A stretch of 64,000 nt of DNA from Camelus dromedarius (Eukaryota). The notes beneath the pieces are model-generated. The model was given only the letters and a program-made list of their open reading frames with translations. It made no database searches and had not been told where the DNA came from. Both the position numbers and the translations under genes were made by a program. The stretch spans positions 121,088,001 to 121,152,000 of the forward strand of contig NC_087436.1 of the NCBI RefSeq assembly GCF_036321535.1, given 5' to 3'. Below are positions 27,004 through 40,043 of the stretch, one piece after another (the stretch's first letter is position 1; every line of letters begins with the position of its first letter).

Positions 27004-27518
27004 TGTTGACTGAAAATAACACACAATCTAAAAGTGGAGATCCATGTTTTATTCCACGGACTTTGTGAGGATGTCAAGCCTGGAAGGCAGCCTTTCAGAT
27101 CTCTCTGAAGGACTGCTCCCAAGAGGTAAGGGAGGAGTCAGGATATATAGAGGGTTTTGCAGCAAAGACCAGGTAGTGGGAACATCAAAAGATTATTGTT
27201 AATTAAAGAAAACTAGATATCTCAAGTTAGTGGATTTAGCACTTTTCTGTGTATGGGAAGGTGCAAAAGTCTAAGCTCACTGAAATCATTCCTTTAATGT
27301 GCACCTAGCTATCCGTGTTCTGTGCTTCTCACGCTGAGTCCCCTCAGCGCACGTTGTTGCGGACAGACGGCCGCAGACGCTGAGGGCTTGGCAGCGGGCA
27401 GCCAGTTTGTCTCCATCCTGAGCTCCCTCCAGCTCACCATCAGGGCAGCTGCAGTGGCTGACGGCTTGATGGCCACAGCATCCTTTGCGGGGAAGGCCTG
27501 CAGCATTTTTCATCCATA
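27004..27518 (-). mobile_element. ERV1-class (MER41-like) solo LTR with CAAG TSD, immediately upstream of the LRPAP1 promoter
   Basis: TG start, CAAG at 27000-03 and 27519-22, TATA-like and AATAAA on the - strand; family name from memory. Confidence 0.8.
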
Positions 27519-27639
27519 CAAGGAAAACTCAGGATCAATGCAGATGACATAGAACAGTCTAAGGTATCAGCCACACACCCTTCCGATTTCTGAACTGTTT
27601 ACTCTTTCTACGGAATAGAGGGGAAAGGAGCCTCCAGTC

Positions 27640-28360
27640 AATTCGATTTCGGTATCTGGGTCTTCTCCAGCCAAGCCTCGGACAAACCGCAGCGCCGTCG
27701 GCAGCCGCCCTGGCAGGACCGCCGGCAGTGGGGCCAGGCGGCACAAGACGAGTGTGGTTGCCTAGGAGACGCCCCCATGGCGCCGCAGGGCTTACTGGGC
27801 TCTGTAGTCCCCCTCCGCCTCCCCTGGGCCAGCCGCGCGGGGAGGGACTACAACTCCCAGGAGGCGGCGCGCGGGGCCTGGGGGCGGGCCGGGCCGGGCA
27901 GGGGCCTTTTCCGGCCCGCAGCCACCGGGGTCTCGGCGTCTGAGGGTAGAAGATGGCGTCGCGGAGAGTCCGAGCGGGGCTGCGCCAGCTCAGGCCGCCG
28001 CCGCCGCCGCCGCTGCTGCTGCTGCTGCTCCTCCTCGGGCCCTGGTCGGCTGCGGGCCATGGCGGCAAGTACTCGCGGGAAAAGAATGAGCCCCAGCCGC
28101 TGTCGAAGCGCGAGCCCGGGGGGGAGTTCCGCATGGAGAAGCTGAGCCAGCTGTGGGAGAAGGCCCAGCGGGTGAGCGGGGGTCGGGCCGCCTCTGCCTC
28201 GGGGGTCCGCTGGGCAGGGGCTTCCTTTAATCCTGGGGACCGCGCAGCCCGGGGGTCCACGGGGCCGGGGTCTCTTGTAATCCTGGGATCCGCGGGACCC
28301 GGGTCTCCAACTTCGGGGTTCCGCGGGGCAGGGACCTCGAGCCTCTGATAGCCTCAGACC
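27640..28360 (+). promoter_or_regulatory. CpG-island, TATA-less promoter of LRPAP1
   Basis: Dense CpG; RFX X-box-like GTTGCCTAGGAGAC 27757-27770; two divergent ACTACAnnnCCCAG (ZNF143/THAP11-type) motifs at 27790-27810 (-) and 27845-27865 (+); GC box 27881-27890; YY1-like AAGATGGCG overlapping the ATG. Confidence 0.85.
27953..28171 (+). CDS. LRPAP1: LRPAP1 exon 1 (signal peptide, start of D1)
   Basis: AAGATGG Kozak context; MASRRVRAG...LLLLGPWSAAGHGGKYSREKN...WEKAQR; donor GTGAGC at 28172; phase 0. Confidence 0.96.
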
Positions 28361-31129
28361 CGCCGGCAGTTGTAGATGTGGGGTACCCTTACCCACCTGC
28401 GTCAGGGAGGAGGGACCTGGCCCTGGGAGACAGGTGGAGACCGGGGAGGCCCTGGTGCCTGGGCAGAAATGCTGCCCGGTCAGTTTGAACTGTGCCTCTT
28501 TGCAGCTGAGGCCAGGACCCCACCCTGCAGGCAGGCCCAGGCTAGATCTCAGGTCCCTCGTCTTGCAGGTTTTCACCTTTTCGCACATTACATATCCCTG
28601 AGTGGAGAAAAAAGGAGACCAGGTGATGCCTAAGACACTTCCAAGGACAGAACCTTGGAGCAGGCCAGTGCGTGTTAGTTAGGGCGTGGGGGGGAGATGG
28701 GGAGGGGAGGGGAGGTGGGCTCAGGCGGGAACACCAGAAACTTAAGACTCTCCTGAGCTAAATCCCACCTTCCTCATTTCAGAGCTGAAGGTAACGAAGC
28801 CCAGAGGGCAAAGGGCACCCCCAAGGTCACTTAGCCGTTGAGGGCAGAATTAGGCCAACAATTTGCTAATTGGTGTGTGACCTGGACCAGCGGCCTTCTC
28901 ATTAACATAACAACTCTTCCTTTGTCAGGCTTGGCTTGTTTTTAGTGAAATGGGTATTTGCAAACTGCCCCCAACCCTGAGGGCAGCAGTGTCTTCAGCT
29001 CTAAAATGAAGGGATCCATTAGATCCAGTCTTCCAGTTTTAAGCATTCCTGAGTCCTTTAGGAGAGTTAGATGTTTGCAAAGTAAGACTGAGTTTTGGAA
29101 AAGAGGAGAAACTGGCTGGGAAGAAAGGTGGAGGTGGGGCAAAGTCTGCAGGAGGGGCGCGGGAGGAGACTGCAGGGCTGTGAGGGGGCAGGATGGATGC
29201 CCACAGGCCCTTAAAGGAGCTTCTGGGTTCTGTGCTGTTCCCAGACCAGTGTCCTTGAGGATCCTGCAGGGGTGGGCCAGTTGTCAGAGGGGCCCTTTTG
29301 TGCGCGGAGTCTGCACAGGTGAGAGAGAGCACTGTGGGCTGGAGAGGCAGGGAGATGTACTGGGGGAGGGGGCTCTTGAGGGGCTGGGGCATTGCTGGAT
29401 TTGGCAGCCAGGAATAGGAGTGAGGGCGGGGCACAGGGCCTGGGAGGAACCGGTTTACTGAACTGGGGGTCGTGCCTGGGAAATGCACTCTTGTGCCCAT
29501 GAACCACACCCCCTCCTGCTTGCAGGGCTGTCCTGGTGAGTCCTGCCTTGTCTGCCCTGATGCGGCTTTATGTCTCTCAGCCTGGGCAGCCTCCTCACGC
29601 CTGGCTGCTCACCCACCCTGGGGCTGCACCTGCGTGACCCCCCACCCTCACCCCATGCTCAGTCCACTTCTGAGCTGGGTCACTCTCAGGTCACATCTGT
29701 CCGAGAGGGCCTGGCTGTTCTCCGGAGACCCCAGCCCTGTCCTGGCCTTGGACAGACAGTCCTTGGACTGGATGACCTTTCTGCTCTCCTCAGCCCTGAA
29801 ATTCTGCAGTGGCACATGCAAGTCTTTTCTGCTGAACAAGATGTGCTGGGCCTCTGTGGTGGGGTTTGTGCCTAGTGGCATTTTCCGGGGCCCTCCCCAC
29901 TTCCAGACGGCCTCGTGCAGGTAGGCAGACCTGGAATACAGGCTGGCTGGTCTTGGCTCTCAGGTGGCTCCTGGCCCAGGGTCTGCCCTCCTGCTGCGCA
30001 GAGCCGTCGTGCAGGAGGAAGGTGGTGCAAGGCACACCTGTGCCAGCGTTCTGGACCTTTTGATTTTGTTCTTTTCGCAGTTAGCTCTCTGAAAACATTG
30101 TTTGTTTATTTCCTAAGTAGAAAGTGGTCTCCTAGTCTAGGTAGCTAGTGTGTTACAGTGTCACAGGACACAGGGACGGAAAGGAGGCTGGTGAAGGCAT
30201 TTGCCTTCCCCTCTCTGTCCAGCCCACCTTCTCTGGGCTGGGGGGTGCGAATCCCCCCTTGATACGTAGGTGCCATGGATGGGGGGCCTCCCCTCCCATA
30301 AGACCAGACCAGGGACCTCCTGGTGTTGCTTCATCACAGCTCAGCATCTTAAACCTTGACCTCCTGTGAAATCATGCAGTTCCTCTTTGATCCTAGCCTC
30401 TTGTGTCATCTTCCAGCATGTTGCAAGGCTCCTGAGCAGGGAGGGGCCGGGGGCTATTCACGGAGCCCTAGGGTTGGGTGATGCCATGGGAAGATGTCTG
30501 GAGGGGTGCATCTGTGGGCGGCACCCACCGTCACATGGGGGTGGTCTGGTAGGTGTCTCTGTTCCCAGGGTGGCTGTGTGTGGTGTCACAGGGGTGCCGC
30601 TCCAGTGCTCAGGACGCAGTTCCTACACTGACCTCAGCGCTGAAGCCAGTCTCCAAGGTGGGAGGTCCAGGGGGAGAGCATGCGGCTGGTTTCCCTTCCC
30701 TGTCATCTGCCCCAGCCCCCATCCTCTGCTCCAGGGCAGACTGCGGAGGGACACTCCCATCCCCACAGCATCTTCAGTAGGGAAGGGCCGTGTTCTGTCC
30801 TTGGAGCTCCCTCACCTATGTGGGCCACTCTGCAAATAAGGTGGCTCTCAGGTCTTCGCCCAGGGACAGGCCCATGTCAATGCTGGGCCACCGCCAGGCC
30901 TCTGCTCAGAGTGCGCAGCTATGGCTGGAGGCTGAGGCTTGGGTGGACACCAGTGCCCAGTGACTTTTTGGTTTTGGTGTTTATCTTTTTTTTTTTTTGA
31001 GGTCTGAACCTCCAAAAGGCTGTACCTGTGTGTGAATTTGGAGATAAGTGTATATTTGTGGAACCATCACCATCATCTGTGCTGTAAGCAGAGCCGTCGC
31101 CTCCAGGGTGCCCTCGCGCCCCCTCGCGT

Positions 31130-31990
31130 ATTATTTGCAGGTGTGGTAAGAGCAGCTGACACGTGACCGACTCTCTTAGCAAGTGTGTAAATGCACAGCT
31201 TAGTAACCACCAGTGGTGGATGGTACTGCGGACTCGGGCCCGGCACTGGCACTCCATCTCAGTCCTTACACGTGTCGCGTGGCTGGAACTGCGTCCTCTG
31301 ACCAGCCCCTCCTGTCCGCCCCCCGCACCCTGGCACCCAGCTCCACCTGTGCGTCCCCGAGCTTGGTTGGTTCGATTCCCCGTGTGAGCGGCACCACGTT
31401 GCAGTGTTTGCTCTGACGTGTCCAGCTCGTTTCTCTCTGCGTGATGTCTTTTACCTTCACTCGTGTTGCCACAGATGGCAAGACTTCTTCCTTTTTGAGG
31501 CTGAGTAATATTCCGTTGTCTGTCTACAGCACGGTTTCTTTATCCGTGTGTCTCGCTGGACATTCAGGTTGTTCCCCTGTCGTGGCTGTCGTTAGTAGCA
31601 CTGCAGTGAACAGGGGGACGCAGATCTTTCTTCAAGATCCCGAATCCAGTTCCTTGGGAGAGTGGATAACCCGGGGTGGGGTCGCCAGCTCGCGCAGTAG
31701 TTCTGTTCTTAATTTCTGGGGAACCTCTGTACTGTTCCCACAGTGGCTGCGCCAATTTGCGTTCCTGCCAACAGTGCGTGAGGGCTTCCCTTCTTACCCT
31801 CGCCAGCGATTGCCGTCTTCTGTCTGTTGTTTATAATAACCTTCTTAACACATGTGAGGGGACGTCTCGTTGTGGTTGGATTTGCATTTCCCTGATAATT
31901 CGAGGTGTTGAGCAGCTTTTCATGTACCTGTGGGCCATTTACATGTTATATTTAGAGAAATATTCAAGTTCTTTGCACCCTTTTTTTTTT
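31130..31990 (-). mobile_element. L1MA-type 3' end in LRPAP1 intron 1
   Basis: ttcttcctttttgaggctgagtaatattcc..gatttgcatttccctgataatt..gagcagcttttcatgtacctgtgggccattt. Confidence 0.8.
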
Positions 31991-31997
31991 TAACTCA

Positions 31998-32310
31998 GGT
32001 GATTCCATTCAACATAGTCCTGGAAGTTCTAGCCAGAACAGCTAGGCAAGAAGAAGTGAAAGTCATCCAGCTCAGAAAGGAAGAGAGAGAATTATCTGTT
32101 TGCAGATGGCATGGTCTTATATGCAGAAAGCCCTAAAGATTCCACAGAATAACTTGGATCTAATCAACAAGTTCACTATGGTTACAGGAGACAGAGTCAG
32201 TATACAAGCGCCAGTTGCCTTTCTATACGCCAGCATCAAACTGTCTGAAAAGGACAGTGAGAAGTCAGTCCCATTTACAGTAGGATCAAAAGGCATAAAG
32301 TGCCCAGTGA
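31998..32310 (+). mobile_element. L1 ORF2 reverse-transcriptase fragment, inverted relative to its neighbour
   Basis: PFNIVLEVLARTARQEE.. and tctgtttgcagatggcatg (degenerate LFADDM). Confidence 0.82.
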
Positions 32311-35300
32311 CGTTTAGCTACGTGTTCTGGGCCAGCTTCCTAACCTTCCTGGGCCTCGGTTGGTCCGAGCAGCCTGCAGGGTGGTTGTGAAAGTTTCAGA
32401 GACAGAAGAGAGAGTGCCAAGGTGGTGAGGTCCCCTGGCAGGAGGGCGCCTGAGATGTAGACCCGTGTCCACCCCGCAGGCCGAGGGCCTCTGTCTCTGT
32501 GAGCCGCGTGCTTCCTGCACAGCTGCTGTTGTGGAGTCAGGATTTACTTTCTTTCATGTTTGACAGAGTCTGCTTTGCGTTTGGTTTCTATTAACTGGTT
32601 TTGTTCGTGTGAGGAATGAATGTTTAGCTCAAAGTTAAAGGGATTGGAGGAGTCAGGAGAGCAGGCACCAGGTGTTTGCACGTGGCCTCCTTGCCCGGAC
32701 CCCATGGCTGTGTCTCAGGGGCGCTGCTGCCCCCGTGGGCGTCTCCAGCCCCGGGCCTGCAGGCCTCCATGCGCCCCAGGAAGGTTGGCACCAGAGGGCA
32801 GCTGTCTTTGTGTGATGCGTTGGGAGGGTTAGACCTGCCGGGCTCTCAGACCCGGGAGGTAGTGACTCTCAGGGGGCGTGACAGTCACACTGGTGGGCAC
32901 CAGAGTCTGCCAGCCATGGAGCCCCTGCCCTGACGTCAGCGCCTCGATTCCCTCAGAGCCCTGGGGAGTCGGACAGACAGGAAAATCGGGGTGAGTGGGG
33001 ACCACGGGCTGTGGTTTGTCCAGCAGCCTGAGATCCCCAGATCTGTCCCCCCGGGATGGAGCTTGCTGGCAGTTGGAGGACACAGGTCCTCCCCCACAGC
33101 CCCAGAGAGGGCCACCTTGGGCTGTTGTGCTGCCACACAGGCCACAGAGAGCGGAGCCGGGAGCCTGTCCCTCCACCTTCACTGTCCCCCGCTGCGCCTC
33201 CCGCTGCGAGCAGGCCCCTGGTGGTGACACTGAGCGCCTGTGCCCTCGGCATCCCGGGTGGGCTGCAGGCCTCCCTTCGGGCAGCGCAGCGTCACTCAGT
33301 AGGAGCCGAGTAACGGAGCAGCCAGCATCTGTGTGCACGGAGTCAGAAACGGGGATAAGCCTGTCACCAATGGAGATGCAGTAAACGTGGACTGAAGGGT
33401 GAAACCCTTAGCGCTCTTCTTCCTGCTAGAGGGCCCCTCCCTCTGCCTTTCCCACCATCCTGCCTCCCTGTGCCTCATCGGCCCACCCCTGGGAATGCAG
33501 GTCAGAGGAGGCTGCCACCTCCAGAGCTGGGGAGCCAGCTGGGCTGGCGGGGCCAGGTAGGCCTGCCCTGGGCGGCGATTAAGAAGCCTGGGGCACCCGG
33601 GCGCAGTCGTGTGGACTGCGGGAAGCAAGCTCGGGGGAGAAGAGGGGACGGGAGACCGCAGTGAGCACAGGCCTCAGGAGAAGGCCCCAGGCAAGGGCCC
33701 ACCCCCAGGGGAGCCAGCAGAGGAGATGGAGAACCCGGGCCCTGCTGTCACCTGTGCCGTCTGGCTCGTGCTGGGGGACTTTCCCTGATAGGTTCCAGGC
33801 TCGTGGCGGGTGGGCCCCAGGTTTTTCTGGCATCTCCCGAAAGGCCCTGCAGAGCTGGGAGAGCCCAAGGTCTGCCAGGTGCCCATTAGGGACACTGGGG
33901 ACACTGGCAGTTCTCGTCCTCTTGGGCAGGAACCCTTTACAGAGGTTCTCGGCTACCACAGTGGCCGTCCCCAAGGGTTCGTTCTCATGACCCTTTTAAC
34001 CTGAAAAGCCTGGTGCCCACTGTTCTCCCGAACCTGTGCGGTCGATAAGGGGCCGCTTTGTCCTGGGCAGTGTTCGGGGGTGAGGACTGAGCTCCAGCCG
34101 CCCAGGAGAGCCTGCAGGGCCCGTGGGGTCAGGTGCTGGGAAGTGACATCTGAGCTGGGGCCTTGTGACCAGCAGGTACAGTGGTCTGGAGACAGGTGGA
34201 ATGTGCAGCATGTTTGCTCCCCCGGCCTGGCCTGAGCCAACAAGTGTCAGCAGGAAAGGCCAGAGCCAGAGTCTGGGCCTCTTCTCGGTCTCCCTGGGTT
34301 CTGTGCTCACTTCCACGGGGTGACGATGCTTCACAAGGCGGTGACAGTGGCCCAGAGCCTTGCGGCCACAGAGCACAGGTCAGCCCTGGTTCCCAGCCTC
34401 GACCCGGTCTCAGGGGAGAGAAGCACTCAGAGCGTCTTTACTGGGAATGGGCCCTCCCTCGGGGCGCTTATCCCGGCAGCCTTCTCTGTCCTCTCGCTGG
34501 GGCATGGTGGCCCACGCCACTGAGGCTGCCTGGCCACCTCCAAGCCCCGGTCCCACACTCCCAGGGCAGCAGCTCCCTCAGCAGCCTTGGTCACGTGTGA
34601 GCCCCGTCTGGGCTGATGTGGCCGAGAGAGGCCGGGTGAGGGAGGCCCAGCGTGGCTGGGCCGGAGGCTGTGAGCGGCGGGGGGCACCCTGGGCGGGGTG
34701 CTGTGAGGAGGAGGGGCTGCTGGGCCCTCCTCAAGCCACAGAGGGGACTTGGGAGAGACCAGCTCCAGGACAAGCTGTGATGCAGGTCGACTGGGCATCC
34801 TGGCTCCTCCGTTCCTCGGCTGTTTCCTGAGAATGCCAGTCCTCGGAGAGGGTGACTGGTCTGAGGTCAAGTAGGTTCAGGACACCGGGCTCATGGAGCT
34901 GCTAGCTTCCTCTGCTGCAGGACTTGTCAGAGCCTCTGATGTGCTGGTGTCACAGAGCGCTGAGGTGTGCACGTCCTGGGTCACACAGATCTTGGCAAGC
35001 CTGCTTTACAAAGAGGAACCCAAGTTTTGTGAAGGACATGGCTTGCTTCCCCCAGCGCACCCAGCCAGGCAGGTCTGAGCTGGGGCTCACGAGGAAGGGG
35101 CATTCTGACCCGCGGTTCTGGCGCAGGGACACTTGGTGTGGCTTTAGACATCAGCCATTAAACCTTGAGAACACAAAGCAGTGGTTCTGACAGACGGCGT
35201 CCCCCAGCCTTCCCTCAGCACCACCCACCCCGTCAGAGCTGGAGTCGCGTCAGGGATGGAGTGACGTGTGCATGTCTGGTGGCCTCGCTGGACCCCAGCG

Positions 35301-36696
35301 CCCTGCACTGCCGTGGGGTGGAGGGGCTGGGGAAGCCCCCGCACGGCCCGCGCGCAGCGGGTAAGTGGGGCACTGAGTCCTGCCACACAGGGTCAGGCTC
35401 CCTGGTCTGAAGGCTCTGGAGTTTGTTTAGAGCCCAGGGTGCGCTTCAGAGGCTGGGACGGGACGCAGGTGTCCCTGCTCCCCACGGGGTCGACGAGAGG
35501 TGAGGCCGGCAGGGCTGAAGCTGTGGTGATGTGTCTGCACCAGACCTCCCGGGCTCGGGGCTCACGTTGACGTTGCTCGGCCCGCGCAGTCCAGTTCACG
35601 GGGGCCGCCGACCGGGGCGGCTGGGGGCCCGGCTGCCCCGCAGCCTCCGCTCAGGGCCCTCTCCTTGCGTAGCGTCAGTTTCCTCCCCGCACCTTCCCGC
35701 CCTGACCTGGAGCCCTTTCTCCCAAGGCTCTAGCGCCCGGGGGGCTGTCCTCCGCCCTGCTGCTCACACGCACACTGGGTCCAGCCAAGCCCGGAGTGGA
35801 CGAGTCCCCCAGGACAGCCAAGCTGTCTGAAGTCCAGTCCGGTGCCCTTGCCCACTGTCCCGTCTACCAGGGGAGCCCCGCACTCAGCCCCGCATTCTGT
35901 CTTGTGTCCTGTGTCACTCGGCCATTCCCTCAGGGGTGCGGGCACCTGTCACATTAGCTCGTTGGTTTTTAAAGCTGCAGGTTTAATGGAACTTACACAG
36001 CCTTCCGTGTCATTTTGGCTGACAAAGGTGGTGCGAGCCCTGAAGCTGTGAGGTGGCTGAGCCTGGAACAGAGTCTGTCAGGAGCTAGAGGTCCCTTCTC
36101 AGTCCCGCAGCCCGTGGCCAGTGCAGCCCCGTGTCCCTCGGTCGGCCAGCTCCTGGCTCAGGAACTGCTCCACGGGGGAAGGGCTTCCCAGCCAGTGTCC
36201 CGAAGGAGCCATGGCTGTGTTTTTTGGTTTTTGTTTTAATCGGACATTTTCCATAAATTCAATCTGCTCTCTGATAGTTGCACTGTCTTTTATCCTAGTT
36301 ATGTAATACGAGGAAAAAGTATTGGTTTCCTGACCAAGCCCTGCATTCGTGCTCCCGCGTCCCCCCACCCCGTTTCCCCAGGTGTCCGCAAGGTGTCCTC
36401 AGGGTCCAGGCTGGGAAGCTGAAGCATCCCGTTACAGGAGCCAGCTTTCCACTGGCGCCCGCACGCTTGGGCTCCCCAGGGACTTGGGGTCTGGCAAGGC
36501 CAGAGAGCGGGCTCGGGACGCAGAGGCCAGTGGTCTCCACACTGTGGGCAGAGGTCTCCGAGGCTCTCGTGCAGGGACACATGAGGGAGTTTGACCATCC
36601 AGGACCCTGGCTCCTCTCCGAGGCCCATTTCTTGCAGGCCATGTCGTTGGTCACCACGCAGCAGGTGTTCAGATGGTCTCTGTTCTTGTCCCACAG

Positions 36697-36841
36697 CTGG
36701 GCCTTACTCCTGTGAAACTGTCTGAGCTACATGCTGACCTGAAGATACAAGAGCGGGACGAATTCAAGTGGAAGAAGCTGAAGGCTGAGGGCTTGGATGA
36801 AGATGGGGAGAAGGAGGCAAAGCTTATCCGCAGTCTCAACG
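36697..36841 (+). CDS. LRPAP1: LRPAP1 exon 2
   Basis: Acceptor ttcttgtcccacag; LGLTPVKLSELHADLKIQERDEFKWKKLKAEGLDEDGEKEAKLIRSLN; donor GTACCT; phase 0-1. Confidence 0.95.
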
Positions 36842-39638
36842 GTACCTCTCTGTCTTTCACCAAGGGAAGCGGGCTCCTAGCTCAGCCCCACATCTCGTTC
36901 TGTCTCTGGTTTGTGGGCAGGACGAGAGGTAGCCCCTCCTCGTGAGCCCGTCCTCGGCAGAGTGGCCCTCGGCTGTAGGCAGGCGCAGCCGCCGGGCTGT
37001 CCTCTGAGGGCTCTCGGCCAGCGAGCGCGAGGGCCAGGGCGAGGGTGTCCGGCCGCGTTAACGCGCAAGCAGCCAAAGGCCCAGAGCTGCCTGGTCCAGG
37101 GAGGCAGCCAGGGGTGGCCAGGTGCCTACGGTCACGTGGAAGAGAAAGTAGGGGTGTCCCGGGTCCTAGTCCACCCAGTGAAGAGCAGAGCCCTCGCCGA
37201 ACCAAGCCTGGTGCTGCTCCGCACGGGGTGCGAGCAGTCGGGCCCAGAGTCCACCCACCGTCTCAGGCTCCCTGTGCACTCCAGGTGGCCTGGGGCTGTG
37301 AGATGGAGGCGCACGGGGGGCACAGAGAGATAGCCAGTGGTCAGCTCCCTCCCGGTGACACCTTCACCTGGACTCTCACTGCCAGACCCTTTCCTCCTGG
37401 GAGCAGCTTCCAGCCCAGACAGTGTCCAGGTTCCTGTCACAGGTCTTGTGGGTGACGGTGGTTCCTTTGTGGGTGCCTGGGTGACCTCAGTCAGCCTGGA
37501 AGGAGCTGGAGTGCTGAGGCAGGCCCTCTGAGTGTCCGTTCTGCGGGACTGTTCACCGAGTGGCTGGCCGTCTTCTGGATGTGGTCCACAGGACCCCGTC
37601 TGCCATCCCCTTGGTGCCCTCCCCCGCCCCACGCCATTTCCAAGGCAGATGCCGCGTAGTACAGCATCCAGACCAGGACCCGAGCGTGACCAGGCCTGTC
37701 CTGTGTGCTAACGGTGCTCGCCCTGGTGTGCCCCCACACTGGAGGGACAAACTCCGCAGGATCTGCCTAGTTCTGGCCGAGGTCTTGCCGGCACACTCAG
37801 CACACCCAGTTGAGTCCTGAGCAGACGGGTCCTGCCCTTTCTGCTCTGCAGCCTCACACCCCGGGCTGGGCCGCCCCATAGAGTGCACTCCAGGGCTGCA
37901 GCCTTTCCTGGAAACAGGAGGCTGGGCTTGGGGCTGCTGAGTGCACCCCAAGATTCGTGTGCCTTGCCTTGCCTGCTGGTTCTGCCTTCTGCTGGCTGCA
38001 GGCACTGGCTCGAGGACGTGGACAGCCCAGTGCTTCTCCCCGCCAGGCTCAGGGCCACTGGGGTCATTCCGGGTGGGTTGGGGTTGCCAAGCCTGGGGCT
38101 CCTTTCTGCACTAGTGATGCGAGGCCGGGACTCTGGCCAGGATGACCACTGCATGGGCCTCGAAGGCAGTGCCAGGCCCCAGCTCTCTGGGCCGGGACAT
38201 CCAGTAGCCTTTTTTCCAGATAGTTTTAGGGTATAAGTTACACGTGGTAAGATGCTGGTCTCAGTCCCAGGGTGTGATGGATTTTGTGATCTCCCCTGAA
38301 GGCCCTGCCCCAGGCAGCATCCATCACTCAGGGAGGGCGGGGGGGGCTTCTGCAGTTTAGGACGAGGACCACGGTTTACGTTTAGGGAAAGCACAGATTG
38401 GACGCTAAGAACATACACACTTCACAGCTCATTCCATTGGTCTAAGCATCCGGGAAAGTGAGTTCCGAGGTGCAGGCAGTGTAGGCAGAGAAGTGAAACC
38501 CCAGAAGCCAAGATTAGGCCGGGCAGGGCCGTGGGGCCCCAGGGCGAGGAGCTGGGTGTGGAGGCTGCACAGGTGGGCCGCAGGCGCTAATTGCGTCCAC
38601 CACCTATTGGGGTAAAGTCCAGAGAAGGGACTGGAGGTCAAGGGTCAGAGGGGCCACTGCTTAGATGAGGACCCCAGGGATGGCAGGGATGGGGTGCAGG
38701 GGGAAGGGAAGCCCTGTGCCCAGTTCCTGGGGAAGACAGGATGGGGAGCTTGGGAGAGGCCCGGGGTGCGGCCGTGGAGGGGACAGTGGGTCGTATCTGC
38801 CATCTGGAGGACCCGCATCCCTTCAGATCAGGGGGATGGGTCAGACCCACTCCCAACTAAGGAGGCAGGTAGGGCATGGGAGGAAGCACTGGGAAGGCAG
38901 GACCATCCCGGGCAGGACCCCCGTCCCAGGGTAGGCCCAGGAACCCTGCCCCGGTGGCTGAGCTGTTCTCCAGTCTCCTGCCGGCCCCCTGCCCCGCGCT
39001 GTGCTGGTGACGACGGGGTCTGAGACGCAGGCCCCCTTCTGATGCAGAGGCTGTGGGCGGGCGCCGGGTCCTGAGTGTGCCTGAGAAGTGACACCCAGTC
39101 GCCACCCCGTCGGCTGGCCAGTAGGCCGGAGCTGCTGTCCTTTCCGGCTGCTGCTGGTGCCTTTTCACTGAAAGCACCAACAGGGGTTTCACCTTTAGAA
39201 AGTATTTTCCTTCAAATACAAATATGTTTTGGGTTGTGGAAAAGCTGCCCCGGCCCCCGCCCCGTCCACTCAGTGAACTGCCGCCCTCTTGCTCACTGGA
39301 GTTGGCCCCCCGACAGAAACAGGCTGCAGGTTTCGGTTTTGAACACCTGGGAAGCGCTGGTCTGTAGAGACGGTCCGGTGGGTGACAGCCCCATCCCGGC
39401 CGAACCGCACAGGCTCCACTGCGGTCGGGGTGGAGGGGCCGGGCTGGTGTGTGTTGGGGGTGTCCCCGAGCCCCGGACGCGTCGGTAGAGCGGCAGCCCC
39501 AGGTTTGTTCACGCTCCTTCCACCAGGTCCCGAGTGGCCGGGAAAGCCGGGGGCGGAGGCCGGTGCCGAAGTCAGCAGGGCGCTGTGGCCCCCGGGCTGG
39601 GGCGCCGCTGCTAGTGACCGCCTCCCGCTCTCTCCTAG

Positions 39639-39763
39639 TCATCCTGGCCAAGTACGGTCTGGACGGGAGGAAGGATGCCCGGGCTGTGAGCAGCAACTTC
39701 CTCAGCCACGACGCCCAGGACGACAGCCTGGAGGACCCTCGGCTGGAGAAGCTGTGGCACAAG
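39639..39763 (+). CDS. LRPAP1: LRPAP1 exon 3
   Basis: Acceptor ctctctcctag; (V)ILAKYGLDGRKDARAVSSNFLSHDAQDDSLEDPRLEKLWHK; donor GTACCA; phase 1-0. Confidence 0.95.
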
Positions 39764-40043
39764 GTACCAAGGGCACCGTCCGCCACCCCGGGAATGTGCG
39801 CCCTCATGCTAACCCCTGCCCTGTCGTCTGGCCCGGTGTGGGGTGTCCCACTGGGACTTGGTCTCTTCGTGAGGCTGTACCCATTTCTCCGGGGTCGTGT
39901 GTTTCCTGTTCAGAACACTCGCTGCTCTCATCCGGGGTTCCTGTGTGGCCGTCAGAGCTTCCTGTGTTAGGGGCGTGTGGATGACCTGTGGTTAGAAACG
40001 GGCTCGTGGTGTAACCAGCGGCTCTTTTCTCTTTGTGCCTGGA

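Noticed and set aside
38857..39807. 316-aa - strand ORF
   Set aside because: Antisense shadow of LRPAP1 exon 3 and GC-rich intron; no domain signal
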